A DNA stretch of 64,000 nt from a virus: positions 32,001 through 96,000 of the IMG/VR virus record IMGVR_UViG_3300034073_002480; one strand, written 5' to 3'. The notes under the pieces are model-generated. The model ran no database searches, was not told where the DNA came from, and saw only the letters and a program-made list of their open reading frames with translations. Shown here one piece after another: positions 20,016-29,575 of the stretch (the stretch's first letter is position 1; each line of letters opens with the position of its first letter). Made by a program: the position numbers and the translations under genes.

Positions 20016-20026
20016 ATCATAACACA
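20016..20026 (-). promoter_or_regulatory. Extended -10 promoter (TGTGTTATGAT) for the tRNA cluster
   Basis: Ends 8 nt upstream of the first tRNA. Confidence 0.6.
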
Positions 20027-20311
20027 CTATTTATCAATTTTAACAATATCAACCATCGAGAAGTCACGATAAGCTTTCTTTTCTACGTCCCAACAAGTTA
20101 ACAACCAGTTAGGTTTTGGATGGTACTCTGTCGTGCCATACCACACGTTGATTGGTATAATAACACGTTCACTGGTTTGCCCCTTGTAATTCTTGTATAA
20201 AATGTGCAGTCCTGATACCCAGCTCAAACCGTCAAAATAGTAGGTCTTAGTATCTTTATCGGTGAAAGAGTCACCTAGTTTGTAGTTAGCTTTATCTTGC
20301 ATTTTAATCAA
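20027..20311 (-). CDS. Stand-alone WYL domain protein
   Basis: ILYKNYKGQTSERVIIP...WLLTCWDVEKKAYRDFSMVDI matches the WYL Y..R.P..W.L...R.F pattern. Confidence 0.75.
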   Translation of the reverse strand: MIKMQDKANYKLGDSFTDKDTKTYYFDGLSWVSGLHILYKNYKGQTSERVIIPINVWYGTTEYHPKPNWLLTCWDVEKKAYRDFSMVDIVKIDK

Positions 20312-20460
20312 AATCTACACCTACTTGTTTGACCACTCTTTACGTGTACGTACCTTAGCAGTACCAGCCATAACTTCCTCTAGCTTTAGTTTTTTCATTA
20401 GGAAACATCTCTTCCAAATCTTCTACTGGTAGCCCTGTCAATACAGACATACACTCAATT

Positions 20461-20691
20461 TTACTTTGTGTCACGCAACAACCTCCGCAACTCTTCTGTT
20501 GGTGCAGGTGGATTTTCCATAAGCCCTACAAACTTCTCTGCATCTTTGGTGGACAAACGTAGCACAGAGTTATCTTTTAGAGGTGTAGTTTCTAACCATT
20601 CTTTATAACCAACAATCGCGTCAAGCTGACCACTGTGTATTGCCGAAGTCACGAATGATTCATACTGTAATCTGTTTTGTTCTTCTGTCAT
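20461..20691 (-). CDS. DUF1778 (TacA/AtaR antitoxin) C-terminal-like protein
   Basis: LRLSTKDAEKFVGLMENPPAPTEELRRLL matches the DUF1778 tail. Confidence 0.6.
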   Translation of the reverse strand: MTEEQNRLQYESFVTSAIHSGQLDAIVGYKEWLETTPLKDNSVLRLSTKDAEKFVGLMENPPAPTEELRRLLRDTK

Positions 20692-21191
20692 AGTTTTATT
20701 TTATGTTTGTCAACCAAGTAGGTCAAACCGATTGCCACTGCATCAGCAGCATGATTATGTGTTTTGGTAAAGACCGTAGAAGGAAAAACTAAACGGACTT
20801 TATCAATTATATCTTGCTTATCAGCAGTGGATTTACCTGTGATTACAAGTTTAATGTGTTTTGGTGTATAGGATTGTTCCGTAAGACCTTTCTTGTAAGC
20901 GATCAACCGTGTGATTCCAAGTGCCTGTTGAATACCGACCCCAACCCCAGCCGCATTCCTACCCTTAAATACTACAGATTCATAAGCGAATACTGAGGGT
21001 TTATGTGTGTCTATATACTGTTTCAAAAACTGGGCTAAACTATCTAACTGCTCAGGAATTGACACACCTTTACTGACAAAATGAGTTGCATCTAAACATT
21101 GCATTTCTTGTGTTTCAGTGTTGTAGTCTATAATAGCTAGACCCGTATTGCGACTTCCAATATCCTCAGATAAAACTCGTATAATAGACAC
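20688..21191 (-). CDS. ruvC: Holliday junction resolvase RuvC
   Basis: EDIGSRNTG, YESV, YTPKHIKLVITGKSTADK, AADAVAIG. Confidence 0.9.
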   Translation of the reverse strand: MSIIRVLSEDIGSRNTGLAIIDYNTETQEMQCLDATHFVSKGVSIPEQLDSLAQFLKQYIDTHKPSVFAYESVVFKGRNAAGVGVGIQQALGITRLIAYKKGLTEQSYTPKHIKLVITGKSTADKQDIIDKVRLVFPSTVFTKTHNHAADAVAIGLTYLVDKHKIKL

Positions 21192-21214
21192 GACATAAAC
21201 CTTATATCTTACTA

Positions 21215-21685
21215 CTATATTGTAGCACGATATAACTGCAACAAGTACTGGTTCGGTATAGCTTGTGGTCTTACACGCAGAACTTCTGCAATAGCTTCTT
21301 GTTCAGATAAACCTAACTCTTCTAAAATAATCTGTGCTGTAGCTGTTGACCTCGATATACCAACTTCACAATGCACAAGTACTATTGGTCTTGTCAAGCC
21401 ATCTATATAAGCAGGTCTGATATTATTCTGCACAAAAAACAAGATACGTTGCACATCCTCTACTGTAGGTGGATAAGGTTGCTGTGCAATTTGAGCATAA
21501 TCTTGTGGTTCACCTATATAGTCATAAAATGTTAACTTCAGTTTGCGTTCTGGTGGGAACCTGTGATATCCCGAAGGAGGATCACGGTCAGGACATCCGA
21601 TACTTACAAGAAAATCTATATGGCGATTAGGATTGTTCAGGATTTTACCTGCTAATGCTCTTGAACTAATAATAAGGTCAATCAT
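21215..21685 (-). CDS. Protein tyrosine / dual-specificity phosphatase-like protein
   Basis: VHCEVGISRS (HCxxGxxRS) P-loop and RPQAIPN. Confidence 0.85.
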   Translation of the reverse strand: MIDLIISSRALAGKILNNPNRHIDFLVSIGCPDRDPPSGYHRFPPERKLKLTFYDYIGEPQDYAQIAQQPYPPTVEDVQRILFFVQNNIRPAYIDGLTRPIVLVHCEVGISRSTATAQIILEELGLSEQEAIAEVLRVRPQAIPNQYLLQLYRATI

Positions 21686-21687
21686 AG

Positions 21688-22401
21688 TTAAACCGTAGAA
21701 AGAAAAAGGAGCAAATCTTGTAAAGGTTGTTTGTTATTGTAGTCACTGTTGTCAAGCACATAGTCAGCTTGGATACGACCATAATGCATATCCCAAACCA
21801 GCTTCTCACTTTGATGGATAATACCATTTTCTTTTTTGTGTTGATTAATAGCTGCATTACGATTATCAATATAAATAATAATACCACCGCTAGTTTTTAT
21901 AAACTCAAATTCATTCTGAAAACGTAAATCTGAAATAATGTGTAGTGTGTCAGGATCATTGTACTCACGAGCAAAAGCATCAACCCAAATATTATCACCT
22001 AATAACTGACGACAGATATCAGTCCCAATAATCTTTTGTGCTTCACGAGCAGAAATAAGCTTACCATTACCATCCAACCCGTCTACACACCCATACCATA
22101 AAAACTGTTGCTTTTCCTTCCATTCGCGGTTTTGAAACAACGAAAGATCATCAACACCTAAAATAGCACCAACAACTTCCGTCAACTTCGTTGCAAACTT
22201 TACAACCTCACATTTTCTTTCTAAGGTCTTCGCTAAATAATTAGCTACATAATCTTTACCTCCACCAATGTGGCTACACAATCCTACAAATCTCAGTTTA
22301 CTTTGTTTTTGCTGAGAGCGTGTTAATTCATCAATCTGTGTTTGTGATAATTCCAAACATCCTCGTGCAACAGAATCGATTATTGCTTTATTTCTTACCA
22401 T
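21688..22401 (-). CDS. Deoxynucleoside monophosphate kinase (T4 gp1-like)
   Basis: GGGKD, KFATKL, GTDICR...WV, ISDLRFQNE, HQSE. Confidence 0.85.
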   Translation of the reverse strand: MVRNKAIIDSVARGCLELSQTQIDELTRSQQKQSKLRFVGLCSHIGGGKDYVANYLAKTLERKCEVVKFATKLTEVVGAILGVDDLSLFQNREWKEKQQFLWYGCVDGLDGNGKLISAREAQKIIGTDICRQLLGDNIWVDAFAREYNDPDTLHIISDLRFQNEFEFIKTSGGIIIYIDNRNAAINQHKKENGIIHQSEKLVWDMHYGRIQADYVLDNSDYNNKQPLQDLLLFLSTV

Positions 22402-22478
22402 TCTTTGCCACCTCTAAGGCATTTTTCTATCTTTTACTTGGAAACATACGTACACAATATAAAACGTCTTGGTGCGTC

Positions 22479-22664
22479 TTACAGAGGCGTTACATCAATA
22501 GTCACCCATTTTTCAGTTTCTGTGGGTATGTAAAAAGAACAGTGTGAACCGTACAAAGGAAAATTACCCCAAGCTTGTCTATAAAGGTTAGATACAGCAG
22601 TTTTACGGTAACAACTACCTGCCAGTGGACAGTCGGGAGTAGAACATTTAGTTATATCAGCCAT
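22479..22664 (-). CDS. Small Cys-rich phage protein
   Basis: DITKC-x4-CP-x4-CYR motif. Confidence 0.55.
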   Translation of the reverse strand: MADITKCSTPDCPLAGSCYRKTAVSNLYRQAWGNFPLYGSHCSFYIPTETEKWVTIDVTPL

Positions 22665-23028
22665 TCTCTAACCTCTTCTTTATTGTAAGCTCATGAATCA
22701 ATCTGTTAACAACATCGCTAGATGTATGCCCATCCCATTCAGGTGCTTTTGACACCCAAACTGATGATGGTAAAAGATTCTCATATTTGTCTGGTAAATG
22801 ATATGTAATCATACCACCGTCTAGCTTAATACCAGCAATAAACCAACCATCCCAGACTGTCCCATCACTATGCCAATGTGAAGCAAAAGATAAGTCTTGA
22901 TAACACCACATCAAATGTGTAAACAACAAACAACGATGGTCATATAGTTCACCAAAAGTGTGATAACCATCTGACACTTCATTAGGGTTGCAAGCAATAA
23001 AGTTGCCATTAACTGTAATTCCTTCCAT
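22657..23028 (-). CDS. Conserved phage protein with WDGH motif
   Basis: SDGYHTFGELYDHR, WFIAG, ITYHLP, APEWDGHT. Confidence 0.7.
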   Translation of the reverse strand: MEGITVNGNFIACNPNEVSDGYHTFGELYDHRCLLFTHLMWCYQDLSFASHWHSDGTVWDGWFIAGIKLDGGMITYHLPDKYENLLPSSVWVSKAPEWDGHTSSDVVNRLIHELTIKKRLENG

Positions 23029-23297
23029 AATACTCCTTTAATTAGTTTCAAAATGTTCTATAACCAGCAACACACTTCTGTCTTACCTTGTGAGAGGGTT
23101 ATGTCTGCCATATTGTAACCTCTCAAATACAAAACCTTGATCTGTTTTTCTCCAAATTCTATAGTAGCGTTCAGAGGCTCTTTTGACTGCAAAATCTTCA
23201 ATATTATGCAAGATGTATATCAAAGTACCTAGACTTATACCCATGTATGTTTTTGATGTTTCTAGATATAAGCGGTCTTTTTGTAGTTGTTCTTGTG

Positions 23298-23552
23298 TTA
23301 CACTTTCTCGTTCGGTTTCAGCCATCTGTACTTCTTGTTGTATTGCCCTGTTGTGTTGATGCATTTGTGCAAAGCAAGAGGTTCAAGGTCAGTCTCACCT
23401 TCCTCGGTACGTTTCTTTTGTGCATTAATAGCGGAAATACATACTCTGGTATAAACAGCATCTTTGCTAATAGGTTGATCTGGTCGATACGAAAATCTGT
23501 AGCTACCATCAATAAACTCTACACCACACAACGAACAGACTTGATTATCCAT
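23298..23552 (-). CDS. Cys-rich hypothetical protein resembling a cyanobacterial family
   Basis: VCSLCGV...FSY...YTRVC...CIN pattern. Confidence 0.5.
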   Translation of the reverse strand: MDNQVCSLCGVEFIDGSYRFSYRPDQPISKDAVYTRVCISAINAQKKRTEEGETDLEPLALHKCINTTGQYNKKYRWLKPNEKV

Positions 23553-23553
23553 A

Positions 23554-24636
23554 CTAAAAGACCCTCGCAAATTCTTTTATAACACCAAATCTAGGTTTAC
23601 CAGCAGGTGTAAAACCATTATACTTCACAGTTGTTGGTTTACCAATGTACAGATGTTTGTTTGCTAAAATATCATGACATACAGACTGTGTATTGGCAAC
23701 CGAAGCCTCAAATTCCACACCATCTTCTGTAACTAACAATGCTTTCTTAGCTAAACCTGCCCAATTACCTTGACCTTCTTGTATGTCCAGTAACAAAAAT
23801 TCATCTGTGTTATCAACCTTGTATTTGAGGAGATTATTTGACCTTTTATTTTCATAGTAAGACTCAGTACGAACTATCACACCTTCATACCCTTGCTCTA
23901 AATACAAACCCAAAAAATCATCTACTTGTTGATGATCTAAAGCCTGAACTGTAGGTACAACTACTACATAGTCATAATCAACTAAACACTCCAAGAACTC
24001 TAGTCTTTCACTGTACACCACAGGTAAAAAACAGTCGTAACCATAGAAAAGAATTGTGTTTTGTGATTTGGTTATGTCCTCTGGTGTCGGTTTTAATTTC
24101 TTGACGACAGAACAGATAGTATTGAAATCATCTTTGTATTGGTGGTTGTATAGTTCACCGTCCAACACAAGATCGGGGTTTGTTGCAAACACAGGTGATA
24201 ACGACTGCAAAATGTGTGGCACAGTGATGATCGGTTCACCTTTACGTGACCAAGCTCCTTGTTTATTGATTACACAACGAATTCCATCGTATTTAGGTTG
24301 TACAAAAACAGGATATTTAATCTTGTGTACACAGTCTTTGTAGTTTTTAGCTAGCATAGGTTTGAAATAACCACTAACACCTATCTCTTCTATGTTAGTC
24401 GTGTATCCACCTGCTGTCAGTTTTTTCTGGTAGTTCGCTGCAACCTCTTTTTGACATTGTTGTTCTGCTGTTGTTGCGTTGGCTCTACCTTGGTTTTTAG
24501 GTGTACAGATATGCCACTCAGACGTTGTAAGTTGTCCGTTGACCTGCCCCGTGATTGTCCTGTATCTATCACCTTGGATCTCTTGTGACCATTGTTGAAT
24601 AGCACCTGTACCTGTTTTCTTATATAAAATCTGCAT
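23554..24636 (-). CDS. lig: ATP-dependent DNA ligase
   Basis: PMLA, QPKYDGIR, LDGELY, GYEGVIVR, LLKYK. Confidence 0.92.
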   Translation of the reverse strand: MQILYKKTGTGAIQQWSQEIQGDRYRTITGQVNGQLTTSEWHICTPKNQGRANATTAEQQCQKEVAANYQKKLTAGGYTTNIEEIGVSGYFKPMLAKNYKDCVHKIKYPVFVQPKYDGIRCVINKQGAWSRKGEPIITVPHILQSLSPVFATNPDLVLDGELYNHQYKDDFNTICSVVKKLKPTPEDITKSQNTILFYGYDCFLPVVYSERLEFLECLVDYDYVVVVPTVQALDHQQVDDFLGLYLEQGYEGVIVRTESYYENKRSNNLLKYKVDNTDEFLLLDIQEGQGNWAGLAKKALLVTEDGVEFEASVANTQSVCHDILANKHLYIGKPTTVKYNGFTPAGKPRFGVIKEFARVF

Positions 24637-25363
24637 TTCTTAATCTCTCTACAATAATGTCACAGTAACCACGATCTAATTCCACTCCGATAGCTCGTCT
24701 TTTATTTTGCTTAGCTGCAACTAAACTAGATCCTGAACCAGCGAAAGGATCAACCATTAACATATCGGCATTGGTATACGTTTTTATCATATACTCACAA
24801 AGCGCAACTGGTTTTTGTGTAGGATGCCATCTTTTGGTGTCATATTTGAAATCTAGAACCGACAAAGGATATCTATCACCTGTTGTATTCACTGTTTGAT
24901 TGACTTTAGATTTACCATATACACGATTCAACCGAGGATTATTAGTTGTTGTATAAGGTTTACCAGCAGTCATCTGTGGGTTATATACAGGTTGCTTGCC
25001 ATAGAAGATAAGTATGTTTTCATGGTTTTTCAAAGCCATACGTTTGCAATTCATATGACCTGTTCCTTGTGTTTTACGCCATATAAGTTCTTGTTTGAAC
25101 TCTTTGTAATTAGACGCTACAAGTTTGCTAGTGAAAGGTTGTGCGCCTGTAGCTATATAAACTGTATTAAGATGCCCTGTTTGATGCATTTGAAACCATA
25201 GAAGAGAAAGGTCTATGTGTTCAGAATCCCAGTCACAACGAACCATTTTGCCATAAGGCGCATCAAAAAAGTACATATCTACCTTTTCTTCTATGTTAGG
25301 TAGGATATCAAAGCAGTTGGCATTATACAACTGCACAAATTCATCTTGGTAGTATGGCTGCAT
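24620..25363 (-). CDS. Beta-class N6-adenine/N4-cytosine DNA methyltransferase
   Basis: DAPY catalytic motif, HPTQKP, DPFAGSGS. Confidence 0.88.
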   Translation of the reverse strand: MQPYYQDEFVQLYNANCFDILPNIEEKVDMYFFDAPYGKMVRCDWDSEHIDLSLLWFQMHQTGHLNTVYIATGAQPFTSKLVASNYKEFKQELIWRKTQGTGHMNCKRMALKNHENILIFYGKQPVYNPQMTAGKPYTTTNNPRLNRVYGKSKVNQTVNTTGDRYPLSVLDFKYDTKRWHPTQKPVALCEYMIKTYTNADMLMVDPFAGSGSSLVAAKQNKRRAIGVELDRGYCDIIVERLRNADFI

Positions 25364-25376
25364 TAATAAAAATCTG

Positions 25377-27269
25377 CTACTTTGTTTTTACTATTGTAGC
25401 ATAATACCAAGACATATCATTTTCAATACCTTTAAAAATTAAGTCTGGATTCTCACCTTTATTCAACAAATTCTCAATAAACTCTTCCTTAAACATAAAC
25501 CCTTCTTTAACACCATTACGCCACTCAGTAATATGCCAGTCTCGTAGTGTTTTCCCTTGTATATAACGAGCCAATAGTAATGGGTCTGTACAACTGTCAG
25601 GTATCTTTATACCTTGAGATTCCCAGTCACGCATAATAACTTCTGGTTGTAAAGCATTAGGATCTTCTTTTAATAAAGGTATAGGCATAAATAGATTATC
25701 ACAACCAATAGTCCATGCTAAATAACGATCAAGAACAGCTTGGTATTTAGGTTTAATTTTAGTCATTAAATATAAGTGGTACTTGTTTATCAAAAAACTC
25801 TGCAATTCTGTGCATAGCGATCAACGATGGTTGTTTATGTCGATTGCGACGTACCCATCTTTTTCTATGGTGTTTCATACAACCATCCTTTTTGAATACA
25901 AGCATCTGTATGTACGCCATGATCCATACCACTTACATCTAAACATTCACCATTAATCTCTATAGACAAGTATTTATCACCAAACCAAAATTCAGCTATA
26001 AGTTCATTGTTAAAACCTATATTTAACAAAGGTTCTGTATATAAACCTAATTCTTGCATAACAGCAAACAATCGTCTTACTTTATTCAGTGGAACCATAA
26101 ACCTCTCTTGCGACTACGGACATTAGATCAGCATCAGTTATTGCACACCAATAGTTTAAAATTGAGTCAGGTGTATCATTTTGTTTGTTGATACCCCAAT
26201 CTTCAGTTAAAAGTTTTTGAAATAAATCTAGAATATATTGTTTGTTGCCACTCTCGTAGAGAAGATATAATAAAGCACAACAAAACTCTACATCTAGCAA
26301 ACAGTTATTTTCACCATGAGCATCAGTAACTGCTTCATAGAGATAATTAGTTATAATCTCTAAATACACCATTTCGTCTCTTTTTTGTAACGTAAAGGTT
26401 TACCAACACGAGCATATTCACCTGTACAACGATTTACAGAGTACCATTTCTGGTCTGTCAGTTGAACTTCATATAAAGCAGGTCTGTTAAATACAACAGT
26501 TCTTTTTACAGAACATACTAATAATTGACCATAGATATTAGCACAAATAAAAGCTGAAATCATTTATGTACTCGCAAACAAATAAATAAAATTGGTAGAC
26601 TCAAATCGAACCGTAGAAGAGAAGTAAGAATTTCTGTTCTCAATTTACACTTTAGTAGCCATGCTTGTACAGGTCGAAAAGCTATATCAAGTGTACCCCA
26701 TTCAAACCAAAATTGCCAATAATCATGGTACTCAGGTATACTGTGAAAAGCACCAATCTGTAGCGTCTTGGTTGCATCCGCGTATATTGTGATCTCATTA
26801 TTAGGTTGAAAATCAAAGTATGGCATATTCTATATGTAAAGTAGGTAGAATTATTTCCCAACAATAATGAGCAAACCAAGGTGTACAACTATTCATTGTA
26901 ACTGGTTGTTTTTGTATATCAAATGACCAATGCCAACTCGACAGAGGATAAAAATACAAAGCTATACCTACATGACCACATCTAATGTCTATGATATCAG
27001 GTAACGAAAGAAGTCTTGCTGGTGTAAGCGGTAATAAGTCACGGACTTCTAACAATGGTGAGAATTTAGTTTCCATATTTATGTGCCTCAGCCACTACGG
27101 TATCACCTTCAGTTATATAAAATAGATCATCGGGTAAAACCAAGTCTCTGACCACCAATAACTCTAGCTCTGCGTAGGTGCGTACTTGTTGTGGAAAATG
27201 CAACACCACAGAGTATAGTTCAACAAGTCGTTTGCCTAAAGCAGACAACCATTTCAGTTGTATTTTCAT
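25377..27269 (-). other. Cluster of seven small coupled hypothetical ORFs
   Basis: ORFs 25377-25766, 25865-26098, 26082-26372, 26360-26563, 26560-26826, 26813-27076 and 27066-27269, most with overlapping start/stop codons. Confidence 0.6.
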
Positions 27270-27297
27270 AATAAACCTCTAAAAACAAAAGCAGAAA

Positions 27298-28050
27298 TTA
27301 ACATAATCTTTGTCTCCCTATTTCACAATATTGTAACTCTTTTTCGATACACAACCACCGTCTATTTGTATTTTCACAAGCCACACCTGTTGTACATGAA
27401 CCAGCACAGTTATCTAGAACCAAAGCACCTTCTTGTGTGTACGTTTGTATAAGATAGGCACATAATTCTACAGGTTTTTGTGTTGGGTGTAGTTGATCTT
27501 GTCTGCGCCATTTTTGTTGGAAAAATTGCACAGTCGTAGGATATCTAACACCAGTATTTGTTGTCATAGCTTCTTTTTTATTGAAGCCTAATTTATGGTT
27601 ATTAATATCCGTGTCTGCGACTCTATGTGTTCTTGTGTAAGGGTCACCTTCTGTCATCTGTGGGTAATAAGGTAAACGACCTTCACCAAACACCAGTATG
27701 TTCTCATGTTTATTAACAGGTCTATATTGTGCTGTGAAAGCAGAGCCAGATTTACTTTTATGCCAAATCCATTCATATTTAAACATCTTTATATTAGATG
27801 CAACTAACATAGAAGAAAAAGGTTGTGAGCCAAATAAAACGATAGGGTGATTAGGTTTGATTACTCTTTTATATTGAGTCCACAGTTGCTCAAAAGGTAT
27901 TATAGAATCCCAAGCACATTTTGTAGTCCCATAAGGTAAATCGCACAGGATCAAATATACACTGTGATCAGGAATATCAGACATCAAATGCAAACAATCC
28001 CCATGCCATATTTGCCCTAGTGCCGTAGAAAAGAAAGGTGTTACTGACAT
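27298..28050 (-). CDS. Beta-class N6-adenine/N4-cytosine DNA methyltransferase
   Basis: DLPYG, HENILVF, HPTQKPVEL, VLDNCAGS. Confidence 0.9.
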   Translation of the reverse strand: MSVTPFFSTALGQIWHGDCLHLMSDIPDHSVYLILCDLPYGTTKCAWDSIIPFEQLWTQYKRVIKPNHPIVLFGSQPFSSMLVASNIKMFKYEWIWHKSKSGSAFTAQYRPVNKHENILVFGEGRLPYYPQMTEGDPYTRTHRVADTDINNHKLGFNKKEAMTTNTGVRYPTTVQFFQQKWRRQDQLHPTQKPVELCAYLIQTYTQEGALVLDNCAGSCTTGVACENTNRRWLCIEKELQYCEIGRQRLC

Positions 28051-28213
28051 GTGATTTTTACCCCTTCTATCGGTTCTTCGATTAATTTGATACTACCATT
28101 ATGCAACTGTGTCAACAATGATAACACCCACTCCTCTTGATCTTTGGTTAGTGCAACTTGGTACACAAGATCGTTATCTGCTTGGATAATGATGCCGAGA
28201 GATTTAGTTTTCA

Positions 28214-28876
28214 TTATTCACCTATTTTAGTAAAATATTTTGTCCGACAAGTACCATACTGTGTAACTTTCCAACCTCTCTCTAACAAGAAACTTTCTAT
28301 TTCTTTCGAGGATAATCGCAAAGAAGGTAGTCTTTTTTTAATTTCAGGTATAGAGAATTTTCTAGTAAAAGAGTTAGCAATCTCGATAATAGCTGCATCA
28401 ACACTTATAGAAGCACTGTTTAAATCGGAATTTTCCCAATGATATGCTTTTAAAATAGCATTAGTAATAGTAGAGAATTTAATCTCAATAGCACCAAATA
28501 CAGGTAATAGTTTCTGTGTTAAAACGTTGTAAGCTTCTGTAATTGTTATGCGATCAGATTTACCATCAAAAGTTATTACCCAATTACAACTATCATCATC
28601 TCTTTCTACGTCAAAACCAGATAATACTTGAGGGTTATTTCTAAAGTATAAAGCTAGTTTAGAATCACTAAGTCTAATACCTTTTTCTTGTTGTGCAATA
28701 ATGTGATCCAACTTCATCTGTGCTTCAACTTGAAGTTGGATTAAAACAGGAAGCATTTCAGCAACTATTTTTTCAGTGTTTTCTCTACTACAGGCTGTTG
28801 CCTCAACTAAAACTTGAACTGCTAATTCTGTATCCACTGGCTTTCTGCTTAAAGCAGTTAGTAATTTATCACTCAT
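28214..28876 (-). CDS. Hypothetical protein with possible C-terminal winged-helix
   Basis: 220 aa ORF with its own promoter and AAGG Shine-Dalgarno. Confidence 0.55.
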   Translation of the reverse strand: MSDKLLTALSRKPVDTELAVQVLVEATACSRENTEKIVAEMLPVLIQLQVEAQMKLDHIIAQQEKGIRLSDSKLALYFRNNPQVLSGFDVERDDDSCNWVITFDGKSDRITITEAYNVLTQKLLPVFGAIEIKFSTITNAILKAYHWENSDLNSASISVDAAIIEIANSFTRKFSIPEIKKRLPSLRLSSKEIESFLLERGWKVTQYGTCRTKYFTKIGE

Positions 28877-28905
28877 CTAGTATACCTTAAAATCTGTATG
28901 ACTTT

Positions 28906-28916
28906 ATTATATCATA
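28906..28916 (-). promoter_or_regulatory. Extended -10 promoter (TATGATATAAT)
   Basis: Perfect TGnTATAAT about 30 nt upstream of ATG 28876. Confidence 0.65.
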
Positions 28917-29311
28917 CTTTTTTAAAATAAAAATCATACAAAAAATAAAAAGTATGTTTTGATATAGCTTCTAGCCTCAAAAGTATGAAATACTTATCAT
29001 AATTAATATATGTATGAGCTTGAAAACGTTGCAGTAAGCCAATATTGAAAAAGTATGATGGCTGGCTTTTATCTATTCTCTCTGAAAAAAACAAACATCC
29101 GTCCGATAGGACATCCTTGCCACAACAAACATAGTCTCATCCTAGTGCATAGTCCTCTAACTCATCATAAAAAGCAAAAGTACGTTCCAAAACTTCTGTA
29201 CCATCAGTACAAACCCAAATCAAATACCACATACCCATAAACCGAAACTGTGTAAGATAGGAAACTGTGTTCATAAATGCAAAGATCATAGAAAGGGAAG
29301 ATGAAGACAAC

Positions 29312-29568
29312 AAAGGGATAGCTTTTACACTACCCCTTCATTTTCTAAGCTGCTACCAAGGTGGATTTACGGGCTTTGAAAGATACGATATTGTTCGCAT
29401 TTACTTTTTGCTATCTAGTGATATTGCTCATAAAACTCACACATGAATCTAGTTTTAATTACCAGTCGAGACCCTTATACCCACTTATAAAAGTCCTAAC
29501 ACCTTGGTAGCTAATGTAGGTAGCTGGAGTCGAACCAGCGTGTTGCTAATCTCCCTAGATTCCTCAAT
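29312..29568 (-). ncRNA. ssrA: Circularly permuted (two-piece) tmRNA
   Basis: Order on the minus strand: T arm GCTGG-TTCGACT-CCAGC (29539-29523), 3' acceptor TACCTAC-A (29522-29515), 30 nt intervening segment, 5' acceptor GTGGGTA (29484-29478, giving G3:U70), D-loop GGGTCTCGAC, helix CTAGATTC/GAATCTAG, resume signal TAAAT-GCG, tag ANNIVSFKARKSTLVAA-stop (29398-29345), 3' hairpin 29338-29313. Confidence 0.93.
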
Positions 29569-29575
29569 AACACTA

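Noticed and set aside
17390-20074. Motif-free gaps (also 21709-24041 and 45514-47962) as markers of foreign DNA
   Set aside because: Gaps of 2-2.7 kb are plausible by chance at about 1 copy per kb, and the LAGLIDADG gene does contain a copy
19740-20101. ORFs 19740-19955 and 19829-20101
   Set aside because: They overlap the three tRNA genes and are spurious
29510-29545. Isolated T arm read as a tRNA fragment or attP site
   Set aside because: Fully explained as the acceptor piece of the permuted tmRNA, and no integrase is present
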